DNA of 64,000 nt from positions 13,374-77,373 of the forward strand of contig QMSB01000001.1 in NCBI GenBank assembly GCA_003650815.1. Direction: 5' to 3'. Source of the stretch: Thermoprotei archaeon (GTDB lineage Archaea > Thermoproteota > Thermoprotei > Thermofilales > B15-G2). The notes under the pieces are model-generated. The model had not been told where the DNA came from, did no database searches, and was given only the letters and a program-made list of their open reading frames with translations. Below are positions 17,801 to 26,345 of the stretch, one piece after another (position 1 is the stretch's first letter; each line of letters opens with the position of its first letter). Position numbers and translations under genes: made by a program.

Positions 17801-19362
17801 ATGTGTATCCAGTGAAGCCAGCCTATAAGGGTATTTTAATAGAGTCTCCTGAGTTTACTCCTCTTGAAGAGAGCGTAGTTTATGTTGCTAGAGGTCTTTT
17901 CACGGACGCGAAGGTGTGTGAGAGGATATGGGCTTATCCGGAGCTCAGTGAGGGCGCGGAGAGCACGTTTACTTTATTTGCTAAAGGCAAGGTGGTGTAC
18001 CTTAAGGCGATTATAGGAGTTTCTGTAAATGAGAAATATGCTTTAGCGAAGCATATGATTGAGAAGGCTTGGGTCGGCGGCGACTGGTTCGACTACGACT
18101 ACGAGTACTCGTGTATTGTTCCGCGGAGCATTAAAGAGGGCTTAAACATAGAAATAGGTGATGCAGTGCTGCTTAACGGTCTTAGATTTATAGTTAAGGG
18201 AGTTTTCGACGACAAGCTTCTGAGCAGTGAGGAGCCGCTTGATTTAGACGGCTATAGCTCCTTTAGACCTCTTTTCAGGGAGGAACTTCAGGCGCTTCAG
18301 ACGCTTGATCCTGAGGTGAGGATTTCTTGGAGCAATATTGTTTTGATTCCAGTAGGTATAGCTAAAAGTTTTCCAGGGGCTTATTTAGCGTCAGTAGCTG
18401 TGGTCACTAAGGCTCAGGATAGCGAAATAGAGGCTAAGGCCAGGGAAGTTTACACTTGTTTAGATAACTTGATTGTACACGCTGGATTAAGTGATAAAGT
18501 AGAGGTTTACGCTAAGGCGTATGCTCAAGTGGTCAGCGGGTTCTCTATGATAGTTCCACTCATTATAATAGGCGGCTTAGTAATACTGACAACTATACTC
18601 GGCAATACTTATGAAAGGATGAGGGAAGCTGGTATACTCAGCGCCTTAGGTTTATCTCCAATACATGTCTCGGGAATGTTCTTTGCTGAAAACGTTGTTT
18701 ATGCTTTAGTAGGAGCGTCTATAGGCTATGCTCTAGGACTAGTAGGAGCGAGGGTGTTTGCAGCATATAATATCTTGCCAGAGTATGTTGGAGTGAACTA
18801 TACTTCAACAAGCGTGATATTCTCTATAGGTGTTGTGATGATAATGGTCTTATCGTCGTCTCTGTATCCGTTCTATAAGGTATCTAAGCTGGTTACACCG
18901 AGCCTTGAGAGGAGGTGGAAGCCGCCCACAAAGCCTAAGGGCGACAAGTGGGAGATTTTGCTGCCGTTCACTTACCTTGACTTCAACGAAGTTCTAGGAC
19001 TGGTATACTATCTCTCAGAAGTCTATAGGGAGCACACTATCGAGAGGGCTGGCGCATATACTGTAGTTGAGCACAGAATGTTTAAAGAAGAGGAGAGGGC
19101 TGGAATAGAGTCTATTATATGGCTACCGCCTTACGAGCTTAACGTTAAGCAGAAGTCTCTGTTAGTTCTTTATAGGAGTAAGACTGAAGGAAAGTACATG
19201 ACGACACTTGTCTTAGAGAGGATAAGTGGACCCTACGTTAACTGGGTCAACTCCAACTTAGGCTACATAGACGAGCTCAGGAAGCAGTTTCTCACATGGA
19301 GGCTCCTGAGGCCTGAGGAGAGGCGTAAGTATATAGAGAAGGCTTTGTCTGCTCTACGGTGA
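14887..19362 (+). CDS. Fusion protein: signal peptide, M28/PA peptidase-like ectodomain (catalytic residues apparently lost), TM bundle, FtsX/MacB-type permease, cytoplasmic tail (module A)
   Basis: 1491 aa. Signal peptide: MSRRCLAVFVLLLMISAPLFVSVAA. M28 motifs: LAHYDS and PGADEACGISLLLELAR. A PA-like insert: GRLVYAGKG...GAIVLLD...GAKAVIV. FtsX TM1: RRRKLRTSLTLFTVIVVTFSLVSL. MacB-PCD-like domain: IGDAVLLNGLRFIVKGVFDD. FtsX core: ERMREAGILSALGLSPIHVSGMFFAENVVYALVGASIGYALG. Confidence 0.85.
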   Translation: MSRRCLAVFVLLLMISAPLFVSVAAENQESLVDMSRVVKHLKFFASLKSRFVGTEGYYKAASYIERYFREELGLEVKRHEFRVLVPLEDKTTISVGGSEYSLYAIYPNLVAPSKAPPEGIRGRLVYAGKGTLREFSGIDVEGAIVLLDIDGCEKWVNAMKLGAKAVIVLGNREVDRLHLESSLTIAAPVLFPRFYAEGEVALELLKKAREGAEAVIYGGHVWREVTGVNLVAVVKGEKYPGKVVYVLAHYDSFSYVPSLAPGADEACGISLLLELARVLKEEGPAMTVYFVAVGSRWQGLAGARYFVEDYLFSEDIGTKVYPYLAIGIDISTGTNKVSFAVTGYMYAMAHSTLYDKLLSQMFLFSRKVVKEFSREYSSVYSRIESRELKDVVGLTLGSWSAGYVMPYVLDTEPFNVAGLPAFSFITLFDIRGFWLTPFDTLEKVNLENLRDQSEFIAYYLRKLLVEGSPQDIYRGSWKDLKPMRKKEGVAGAYFGYDRLVVEVVKYDPTTPRLYRPVPGAIVVVHKVTGWYSKPAAYNKYNMFAWILAKANESGVAFIVGVPWEQAGCGDTYVEAYKVDEDTGRIVFAPDEGSYGAGTYPHTVMVKGDLQRSRTVIFECATMVVPDIYYPYSLQKNIYLTPFKAPTNPIPYASYDTKVSVDVLRAEAFNPLMSYGWAYDPLTSTLILFVPPETSFVAVVKFMGQAFIGAIICNSTREEPLGEGFTLREVGEVRVLSMSPVVFARELTSITEPRYRIAYAFKILDPALIDYYTLAREFIEESGRYIEAKDYTRAYYKSILAWCYSLKAYERSRDVYLDSAFSITFALLIILPSIVLIEKLLGRLRGFSRLTILVSVGVVFFVILWMLHPGFSIIGSTPALVTGTIVLVLVAPVLVLVISQASFGVSEIRKTQIGLHFLERSRLEMIVSALGIGVEHMRRRKLRTSLTLFTVIVVTFSLVSLTSVTPLVIVKPNVYPVKPAYKGILIESPEFTPLEESVVYVARGLFTDAKVCERIWAYPELSEGAESTFTLFAKGKVVYLKAIIGVSVNEKYALAKHMIEKAWVGGDWFDYDYEYSCIVPRSIKEGLNIEIGDAVLLNGLRFIVKGVFDDKLLSSEEPLDLDGYSSFRPLFREELQALQTLDPEVRISWSNIVLIPVGIAKSFPGAYLASVAVVTKAQDSEIEAKAREVYTCLDNLIVHAGLSDKVEVYAKAYAQVVSGFSMIVPLIIIGGLVILTTILGNTYERMREAGILSALGLSPIHVSGMFFAENVVYALVGASIGYALGLVGARVFAAYNILPEYVGVNYTSTSVIFSIGVVMIMVLSSSLYPFYKVSKLVTPSLERRWKPPTKPKGDKWEILLPFTYLDFNEVLGLVYYLSEVYREHTIERAGAYTVVEHRMFKEEERAGIESIIWLPPYELNVKQKSLLVLYRSKTEGKYMTTLVLERISGPYVNWVNSNLGYIDELRKQFLTWRLLRPEERRKYIEKALSALR

Positions 19363-21275
19363 TAAGCGTGGCTGAGTCCAGTGGCAGTAAAGTAGAGGAG
19401 CTGAAGCCTGGCTTAACGCCAGTATCGCTTTTCGCAATACTCTACGCGACAGTAGTAATGACTCCAGTGATAATATTCCTGAGGATAATGGCTGGTGTCG
19501 CCGACGTAATAAGATTCATACCAGTGTTCATTACGCTCCTTCTTTTCACAGAAGTAGGCAGATTTACGTATAGGTACGTCACTAGCCAGGAAGCGTTCAT
19601 AATATACTTCATGGCGGAAATGGTCGCCTTTGATGCTCCCTACTTCGGCGGATTCATATATACCTTGTATCTCAGAAAAGCTCCGTACACAAAGCTCTTT
19701 GGGCTAGCAGAAAAGATCCCGACGTGGGCGGCGCCTCCGCTGAACAGCTATGGCGCTGTATTTAGGACATTTATTGCTCCTGAGTGGGCTACACCTATAG
19801 CAGTAGCTCTCATAGGGTTTACTGCAGGAATGTTGATAGACTTTGCTCTCTCCTTCATATTGATACAGCTCTTCATAGAGATAGAGGACTTGCCTTACCC
19901 TGTAGCTCCGATAGATGCCCAAGCAATAACTACGCTGACTGAGAGAACTCCCGAGAAGATAACATGGTTCTCGATAGCAGCAGTAATAGGCTTTATATAC
20001 GAATTTATCCTATACGGAATGCCCAGCATAACCGAGACCTTCCTTAAAACAAAGATACACTTTATACCTTACCCGTGGATAGACCTGACGTCTCTAATAG
20101 AGAAAGTCCTCCCTGGAGCTATGTTTGGAATAGCAACAGACATATCGATGTTCGTTGTCGGCTGGGTAGTTCCATTCGATGCAGCGATGTGGATTTTCAT
20201 AGGAAGCCTCTGCACATTTGTCATAGGGAACTTCCTTGCCCTCAAGATACCTCACCCTGCTTTCGCTGAGTGGCAGAGAGAGTGGACTCCAGGACTCAGT
20301 TTAAGCTGGCTCTGGCAGAGAAGTGTCTACAATATATGGGCGAGTCCGCTGATAGGATTGACTCTAGGCGCATCGCTCTACGTGTTCGTCAGGTCGATAA
20401 AGTACATGGGTAAAGCTCTTGATAGCCTCAGGAAGTTAACGGAGGTCTCAAGGGCTAAGGGGTATCTTTCGCTCAAGTACGTGTTGCTCATGTGGATCAC
20501 AGGAGTTATTCTAGGAATAGCAATCGACTGTCTGCTAGTACCGGAACTCTGGTATGTGTGGTCCTTTATATGGGCTATAGTGCCGTTTCTCCAAGCAATA
20601 CTTGTCGGAAGAATGATAGCTGAAATAGGTATAGGCACGGGAATACCGTATATCAGGGAGGCGCTTCTACTGGCGACTACTTCTCCAGGATATGTGGATC
20701 CGTGGATGGTGCCTAGTAAAACTACTACAGCTGCAGGTATTATAGCCCACAGAATTAAAGTAGCTCTGCTCACTAAGACAAAGCCAATAGACTACTACAA
20801 GGCATCTGTGATAGCCATACCTGCAATAATCTTCGCCAGCTTCGTCTTCTGGAGCCTCTTCTGGTCTATGGCTCCAATACCATCTGCCATGTACCCGTGG
20901 ACTGCGATAAGCTGGCCAGTACAGTCTCTAAACTTCGCGCTCTGGGTATCACGTTCTCTCCAGATATTTAAGCCAGTTCAAATAGTAAGTGCTATAGTAT
21001 TTATCTTCGTCATAAGCGCTATTGCAGAGAAGTTCAAACTACCCTTCAGCTACCTAGGCTTCGTCGCTGGAGCAGGAATGGTTCCACCCTTCGCACTGAA
21101 CTACTTCCTTGGAGCACTTGTCGGCAGGTATATCGAGAAGAAGGTAGGAAAAGAGCGCTGGGAAGTATTGAGATCAGTAATCATAGCAGGACTTTTCTGT
21201 GGAACAGGACTCGCTGTAGGGCTCGCTGTAGCGATACTGCTTGTAGGCAGAAGCATCTGGGGAGCACCGTATTAG
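19359..21275 (+). CDS. Polytopic membrane protein, possibly OPT-superfamily-like (module A, partner 2)
   Basis: 638 aa. Its GTG start overlaps the upstream stop (GTGA). IEDLPYPVAPIDAQAITTLTERTPEKITWFSIAAVIGFIY aligns by eye with REKLDFPMQVAVAEGLSAVVGEDPAKVKMFSISAILGIVY of 36492-38333. Confidence 0.8.
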   Translation: MISVAESSGSKVEELKPGLTPVSLFAILYATVVMTPVIIFLRIMAGVADVIRFIPVFITLLLFTEVGRFTYRYVTSQEAFIIYFMAEMVAFDAPYFGGFIYTLYLRKAPYTKLFGLAEKIPTWAAPPLNSYGAVFRTFIAPEWATPIAVALIGFTAGMLIDFALSFILIQLFIEIEDLPYPVAPIDAQAITTLTERTPEKITWFSIAAVIGFIYEFILYGMPSITETFLKTKIHFIPYPWIDLTSLIEKVLPGAMFGIATDISMFVVGWVVPFDAAMWIFIGSLCTFVIGNFLALKIPHPAFAEWQREWTPGLSLSWLWQRSVYNIWASPLIGLTLGASLYVFVRSIKYMGKALDSLRKLTEVSRAKGYLSLKYVLLMWITGVILGIAIDCLLVPELWYVWSFIWAIVPFLQAILVGRMIAEIGIGTGIPYIREALLLATTSPGYVDPWMVPSKTTTAAGIIAHRIKVALLTKTKPIDYYKASVIAIPAIIFASFVFWSLFWSMAPIPSAMYPWTAISWPVQSLNFALWVSRSLQIFKPVQIVSAIVFIFVISAIAEKFKLPFSYLGFVAGAGMVPPFALNYFLGALVGRYIEKKVGKERWEVLRSVIIAGLFCGTGLAVGLAVAILLVGRSIWGAPY

Positions 21276-21373
21276 GCGCTGACTTATTTTAAATACTCTT
21301 TTCTTTAATTGCTTTGATTTCGAAGTAAAAAATATAATTGAGAGGCTTTTCCTTCAAAGAGGTAGGTAAACCT

Positions 21374-24082
21374 ATGACCATTCCCTGGCATAGGCTCACA
21401 GTAGAGGAGGTTTTGGAGAGGCTTAAAACTAGTCTTAAAGGTCTCGACGAAGAGGAGGCTAAGAAAAGACTTGAGATTTACGGATATAATGAGATACCAG
21501 AAAGGAAGGCTAGAGGCCCTTTAAGTATACTTCTAGACCAGTTTAAGAGTATTTTAGTTCTGTTACTCCTAGTTTCTACAGCTGCATCTTTCGCTTTAGG
21601 TGAAATAAAAGACGGTACTGCTATCTTAGCGATTGTAGTTATTAACGCAGTTCTCGGCTTTATACAGGAGTATCGGGCAGAAAAGGCTGTTGAAATGCTT
21701 AAGAAGCTGGCAGCTCCTAAAGCCGTAGCTGTTAGAAGTGGTGTAGAGAGAGTTTTGCCTACTCGAGAACTTGTACCGGGTGATATCATAGTACTTAAGT
21801 CGGGAGATAGAGTGCCAGCAGACGCTCGTGTAGTAGAGGCGGTTAATCTCAAAGTGGATGAAGCAATACTTACTGGCGAGTCTATTCCAGTGAGTAAGAT
21901 AAGTGACCCTATCCCCACAGAGGCACTTCAGATAGCAGATATGAGAAACATTGTGTTCATGGGTACTCTAGTGACTTACGGCAGAGGTAAGGCTGTAGTA
22001 GTGGCTACTGGAACTAAAACCGCTTTTGGTAAAATAGCGGAGGCGGTTCAGAGAGAAGAGAAAGAAGAGACTCCTCTTCAAAGGAAAATGGAGCACTTTG
22101 GAAGGATACTAGTAGCTGCAGTCTTTATACTAACTTTAATAGTCTTCCTTGACGAGTTCTTTTTCGGAGTAGATTTATTCGAGGCTTTTATGACTGCTGT
22201 GAGTCTTGCTGTGTCAGCTGTGCCTGAAGGTCTGCCAGCTGTAGTGACTGTTACTCTTGCTCTAGGAGTTCAGAGAATGGCTCGGAGAAACGCTATTGTA
22301 CGAAGGCTCTCAGCCGTAGAGGGTTTAGGCAGCGTTACTGTAATATGTAGTGATAAAACAGGCACAATAACAAAGAACGAGATGACTGTAGTCGAAGTAT
22401 ACGCAGATTTTAAGGAAATAAGAGTGACTGGCGCAGGTTATTCTCCCGTAGGAGAGTTCTATTACAACGGAACCAAGATAGACCCTCTGCAGTCTCCTAC
22501 ATTAAGTATGTTGCTTCAAGCAGCCGTGCTGTGTAATGACGCGAAACTGCATCGTGAGGAAAACGAGTGGAAAATCATAGGGGATCCTACTGAAGGGGCT
22601 TTAGTAGTACTAGCAGCTAAGGCTAGAATATTGAAAGAAGACTATGAGAAAAAGTACCCTAGAGTAGACGAAATACCGTTTGAATCTGAGAGAAAGAGAA
22701 TGACTACTATTCATGATGTAAATGGAGAGCGCTACGCTTTCATGAAAGGAGCTCCCGAAGTAGTGATTTCTTTATGCAGTAAAATTATGGTTGAGGGTTA
22801 TGTAAGAGACCTCACAGAAGACGATAGAAAGAAGATCTTAAGTAAAGCCTCGCACATGGCTGACAGAGCTCTAAGAGTCCTAGCCTTAGCTTACAGAAAG
22901 CTACACGATAATATAGAAAAGGGGGAAGTAGAGTCTAGTATGGTTTTCTTAGGCTTAGTCGGAATGATAGATCCTCCTAGACCTGAAGTGAAGAAAGCAG
23001 TACAGACCGCTAAGAGCGCTGGAGTCGATGTAATAATGATCACGGGAGATCATAAGGCAACTGCAGTAGCCATAGCTAAGGAAGTGGGGATCATAGAGGG
23101 GGATGACTATCTCGCTCTCACGGGAGATGATTTAGATAAAATGAGTGATGAAGAGCTCTACAAAATAGTAGACAAAGTAAAAGTCTATGCGCGTGTGTCT
23201 CCAGAACATAAACTGAGAATAGTGAAGCTGCTTAAAAAGAAGGGGCATGTAGTCGCCATGACGGGAGACGGAGTAAACGACGCGCCAGCAGTCAAGCTAG
23301 CTGATATTGGAATAGCGATGGGTAGGAGAGGATCTGATGTCACTAGAGAAGTTGCTGACATAATACTTGCTGACGATAATTTCGCTACAATCGTAGCGGC
23401 GATAGAAGAAGGCAGAGGGATCTACGAGAATATTAGAAAGTTCCTCAGACTACTGCTTTCAGCTAACTGGGATGAAATATTAGTAGTTTTCGTGTGCTCT
23501 ATGCTAGATCTCCCTATACCATTCACTCCTCTCCAAATACTTTGGATAAACCTCTTAACAGACGGTTTGCCCGCGCTCGCACTAGGACTAGATCCTCCCG
23601 CGCCTGATGTGATGAAGAGGCCTCCTAGAGATCCTGAAGAACCTATCTACAGGGGAATGGAGCTCTTTATAGCGTTTTCAGCAGCTTTAGCTCTATTTGC
23701 TTGGATTACTCCGTTCTGGATTGCATTAAGTATGGGTAGACCCTTAAAAGAGGCGAGGAGTATAGCATTTACGCAGGCAGTACTCTTTGAGCTAATACTC
23801 TCGTTTAACTGTAGGTCTGAGAGAGAATATGCCTTTAAATCTATTAAACTTCTCACAGCAAATAAGTACCTTGTTTTAGCTGTCTTTGCGTCTCTCGTTT
23901 TACAGCTGACTGTAATATATGTACCTTTCCTTCAACAGTTCTTTAAAACATTACCACTCACCACGTGGGACTGGGCTATGGTACTATGCTTCGCAACAAC
24001 TAGTCTTCTGCTATATCCAGGGCTTTTTGATACCAGAAGGGTTTACAGAAAGAGAGTGAAGCTATCGTCGAAATGCAGATAG
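21374..24082 (+). CDS. Cation-transporting P-type ATPase (type II, Ca2+-ATPase-like)
   Basis: Motifs are TGES (LTGESIP), the phosphorylation site CSDKTGTITKNEM, MITGDH and MTGDGVNDAPAVKLADIGIAMG. I use the ATG at 21374 (MTIPWHRLTVEEVL, GAGGT upstream). The ORF track begins at a TTG at 21338. Confidence 0.9.
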   Translation: MTIPWHRLTVEEVLERLKTSLKGLDEEEAKKRLEIYGYNEIPERKARGPLSILLDQFKSILVLLLLVSTAASFALGEIKDGTAILAIVVINAVLGFIQEYRAEKAVEMLKKLAAPKAVAVRSGVERVLPTRELVPGDIIVLKSGDRVPADARVVEAVNLKVDEAILTGESIPVSKISDPIPTEALQIADMRNIVFMGTLVTYGRGKAVVVATGTKTAFGKIAEAVQREEKEETPLQRKMEHFGRILVAAVFILTLIVFLDEFFFGVDLFEAFMTAVSLAVSAVPEGLPAVVTVTLALGVQRMARRNAIVRRLSAVEGLGSVTVICSDKTGTITKNEMTVVEVYADFKEIRVTGAGYSPVGEFYYNGTKIDPLQSPTLSMLLQAAVLCNDAKLHREENEWKIIGDPTEGALVVLAAKARILKEDYEKKYPRVDEIPFESERKRMTTIHDVNGERYAFMKGAPEVVISLCSKIMVEGYVRDLTEDDRKKILSKASHMADRALRVLALAYRKLHDNIEKGEVESSMVFLGLVGMIDPPRPEVKKAVQTAKSAGVDVIMITGDHKATAVAIAKEVGIIEGDDYLALTGDDLDKMSDEELYKIVDKVKVYARVSPEHKLRIVKLLKKKGHVVAMTGDGVNDAPAVKLADIGIAMGRRGSDVTREVADIILADDNFATIVAAIEEGRGIYENIRKFLRLLLSANWDEILVVFVCSMLDLPIPFTPLQILWINLLTDGLPALALGLDPPAPDVMKRPPRDPEEPIYRGMELFIAFSAALALFAWITPFWIALSMGRPLKEARSIAFTQAVLFELILSFNCRSEREYAFKSIKLLTANKYLVLAVFASLVLQLTVIYVPFLQQFFKTLPLTTWDWAMVLCFATTSLLLYPGLFDTRRVYRKRVKLSSKCR

Positions 24083-24558
24083 AGTTTCGTGTTTTTGAGA
24101 ATTCTTGATAAGGCTTCAAGAACTTCTACAGAATCATCGTGTACTTCTATTACATTTACTAAGCTCTTAATTACATCGCATTTATACTCGTAGTCTTTTC
24201 TAAAATCTCCTTTTCTCCTAAAGAAAAAGGATATTTGAGAAACAGGGAGACCAAAGGACTTCAGTTCTAAAATAGTAGCTCTGCGGAGACTAGCAGGACG
24301 GCCAGTTACAACGACTACGCGTCCTTTCTTTAACCTATCTAATAGAAGATCAATACCTATTTCCCTGGGTTTATCGTATATAATGTAGTCTTCAGATAAG
24401 AATAATCTCCAGAACCTCGACCTGATTTTAGGATCTAGGTCCTCGGGATCACGGGCATCGAGTTTAAGTTTTTTCATTACTACGCTTATTTTCTCACTGA
24501 CATCTACAAGTACCCCGTCTACATCAAAGACGTAAATAGGTCTTGTATCAAAAAGCAT
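24043..24558 (-). CDS. HAD-superfamily hydrolase/phosphatase
   Basis: The DxDG motif IYVFDVDGVLVD lies right after the internal ATG (MLFDTRPIYVFDVDG), and motif II is VVVVTGRP. I prefer the start at 24558 because the track's start at 24639 would overlap the divergent gene. Confidence 0.7.
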   Translation of the reverse strand: MLFDTRPIYVFDVDGVLVDVSEKISVVMKKLKLDARDPEDLDPKIRSRFWRLFLSEDYIIYDKPREIGIDLLLDRLKKGRVVVVTGRPASLRRATILELKSFGLPVSQISFFFRRKGDFRKDYEYKCDVIKSLVNVIEVHDDSVEVLEALSRILKNTKLYLHFDDSFTLFL

Positions 24559-24577
24559 CAGCAGTAGTACTGTAGCT

Positions 24578-24589
24578 AATTTAATAAGG
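24578..24589. promoter_or_regulatory. Single shared TATA-like element midway between divergent starts
   Basis: AATTTAATAAGG has its core (24580-24587) centred about 26 nt from both the minus-strand ATG (24558) and the plus-strand ATG (24610). Confidence 0.4.
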
Positions 24590-24609
24590 TTCTCTCCTAA
24601 CAAAGTAAT

Positions 24610-25131
24610 ATGATAATAGGGGTTGTCGCAGATACTCACGATAACCTAAATAAAGTTTCAAAAGTAATAGAAGTTTTTAAGGAGAAAAATATTGAAATAG
24701 TGTTACATGCAGGAGACTATATAGCTCCCTTTACTTTAAAGAAGTTCTCTGAGCTAGGTGTCAAGCTGATCGGTGTTTTCGGTAATAATGACTGTGAAAA
24801 ACCTCTGTTGTACAAAGTAGCGTCAGGTCTTGGTTACGAGCTCTACGGACAGCCAGTTGAGCTAGTACTGGACAACAGGAATATACTACTGCTTCACGGT
24901 TTTGGAGGAAAGAAGTTTACAAGGCTCTTTGTTGATGCAGCGGCAGCTACAGGCGAATATGATCTAGTAGTTTACGGGCATACCCATGAGAAGGATTGTA
25001 GAGTATTTAAGAAAAATTCGCGGAAAACAGTTATATTGAATCCAGGTGAGGTCTGCGGGCTTCTCTCAGGTAGATCAACAGTAGCTATAGTGAACCTTGA
25101 TACTCTCGAAGTAGAGGTAGTAGAGGTTTAG
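24610..25131 (+). CDS. Metallophosphoesterase, YfcE/MJ0936 family
   Basis: 173 aa with the ordered motifs ADTHDN, HAGDY, GNNDCE, LLHG and GHTH. Confidence 0.85.
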   Translation: MIIGVVADTHDNLNKVSKVIEVFKEKNIEIVLHAGDYIAPFTLKKFSELGVKLIGVFGNNDCEKPLLYKVASGLGYELYGQPVELVLDNRNILLLHGFGGKKFTRLFVDAAAATGEYDLVVYGHTHEKDCRVFKKNSRKTVILNPGEVCGLLSGRSTVAIVNLDTLEVEVVEV

Positions 25132-25511
25132 CTTTCTTTATATGCAATAAAGCTTATCTCTATCAGAGCTCCCTTAGGGAGGTTTGAGACCTCAACTGTT
25201 GTTCTTGCCGGAGGTTTTTCCTTAAAGAATTTGGCGTATTCTTCATTGAATGCAGGAAAGTCTTCCAAGTCCTTTAAATACACGAATGTTGCGGCAACGT
25301 CTTCGAGAGAATAGCCAGCCGCCTCGAGTATGTTCTTAATGTTTTCTAGGACTCGTCTAGTCTGTTCTCGAATATCTTTTCCTACGAGCTTCCCTGTCTC
25401 CGGGTCTATTGCTATTTGACCTGCTCCGAAGAGGAGAGGACCCGCCTTTATTGCCTGAGAGTAGGGTCCGATGGGCTTAGGGGCTTTTTCTGTAAGAATT
25501 ACCTTCTTCAC
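25128..25511 (-). CDS. RidA/YjgF/UK114-family reactive-intermediate deaminase
   Basis: 127 aa with a GTG start. [15 protein letters not shown]...[18 protein letters not shown] is the family signature. Confidence 0.88.
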   Translation of the reverse strand: MKKVILTEKAPKPIGPYSQAIKAGPLLFGAGQIAIDPETGKLVGKDIREQTRRVLENIKNILEAAGYSLEDVAATFVYLKDLEDFPAFNEEYAKFFKEKPPARTTVEVSNLPKGALIEISFIAYKES

Positions 25512-25592
25512 ATTAGTAATAGGGCAGAATACAATAAATAAGCTTGGGAGAAGTAGCGCTAAAAAATATATTTTCGCAGTCAGAAGACTCCA

Positions 25593-26345
25593 GTGCGCCT
25601 AGGTTTCTCTACTTGGGGATTTGAAGGAGATTTAGTTGAGGCAGCGAGTATCATTTCGAAGTATTTTCCTGTAGTTGAAGTCTTTGTCAGAAGTCTCTCG
25701 CACTTAAATAAGATTGATGTATATGGGCTTAAGAAATTGAGTGTCTCGTACAGTGTACACGCCCCTGAGCAAGCTAGCTTAACGCTTCCAGATGAAGATG
25801 GATTGAAAAAGAGTATTAAAGCACTGCAGGCCTCTATAGAGCTTGCTTATGTTTTAGACTCAGACATAGTAGTGTTCCACTCAGGCAGGAATTACGGTGA
25901 AGGTAGTTTCGAGAGGCTAGTCTACGCGCTTAAGAAGTGTTGTTCTACTGCAGAGAGCTATGGAGTCTACCTATGTTTAGAAAATGGGTGGGGTAGAGGA
26001 CTAGTACATACTCTTGAACAAATAAGGAGAGTGTTAGATGAGGTAGGATCAGATTACCTCAAGGCGACGCTCGACACAGGTCACTGTTTCATAGCGGGAA
26101 TAGATCCCCTAAAAGAATACGAAAATAACTATGATATAGTATTTGAAATTCATCTTCATAGCAACTATGGCAATAGTGACGATCATCTTCTCCCTCACGT
26201 CGGTTTACTTGATTTAGAAGGTCTAGTCGATATTCTACAGGGGAAAATGTTTAACAGATACGTTGTGCTAGAAGTGAAGACGGGTAAAAATCCAGAAGAA
26301 TTTATTGCTTACGCGAAAGAGGAGCTAGAGCGGTACTTCGTATAG
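25593..26345 (+). CDS. Sugar phosphate isomerase/epimerase (xylose-isomerase-like TIM barrel)
   Basis: 250 aa. The pattern VVFHSG...LCLEN...LDTGH...HLHSN is typical of AP-endonuclease-2/XylA-like TIM barrels. Confidence 0.65.
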   Translation: MRLGFSTWGFEGDLVEAASIISKYFPVVEVFVRSLSHLNKIDVYGLKKLSVSYSVHAPEQASLTLPDEDGLKKSIKALQASIELAYVLDSDIVVFHSGRNYGEGSFERLVYALKKCCSTAESYGVYLCLENGWGRGLVHTLEQIRRVLDEVGSDYLKATLDTGHCFIAGIDPLKEYENNYDIVFEIHLHSNYGNSDDHLLPHVGLLDLEGLVDILQGKMFNRYVVLEVKTGKNPEEFIAYAKEELERYFV

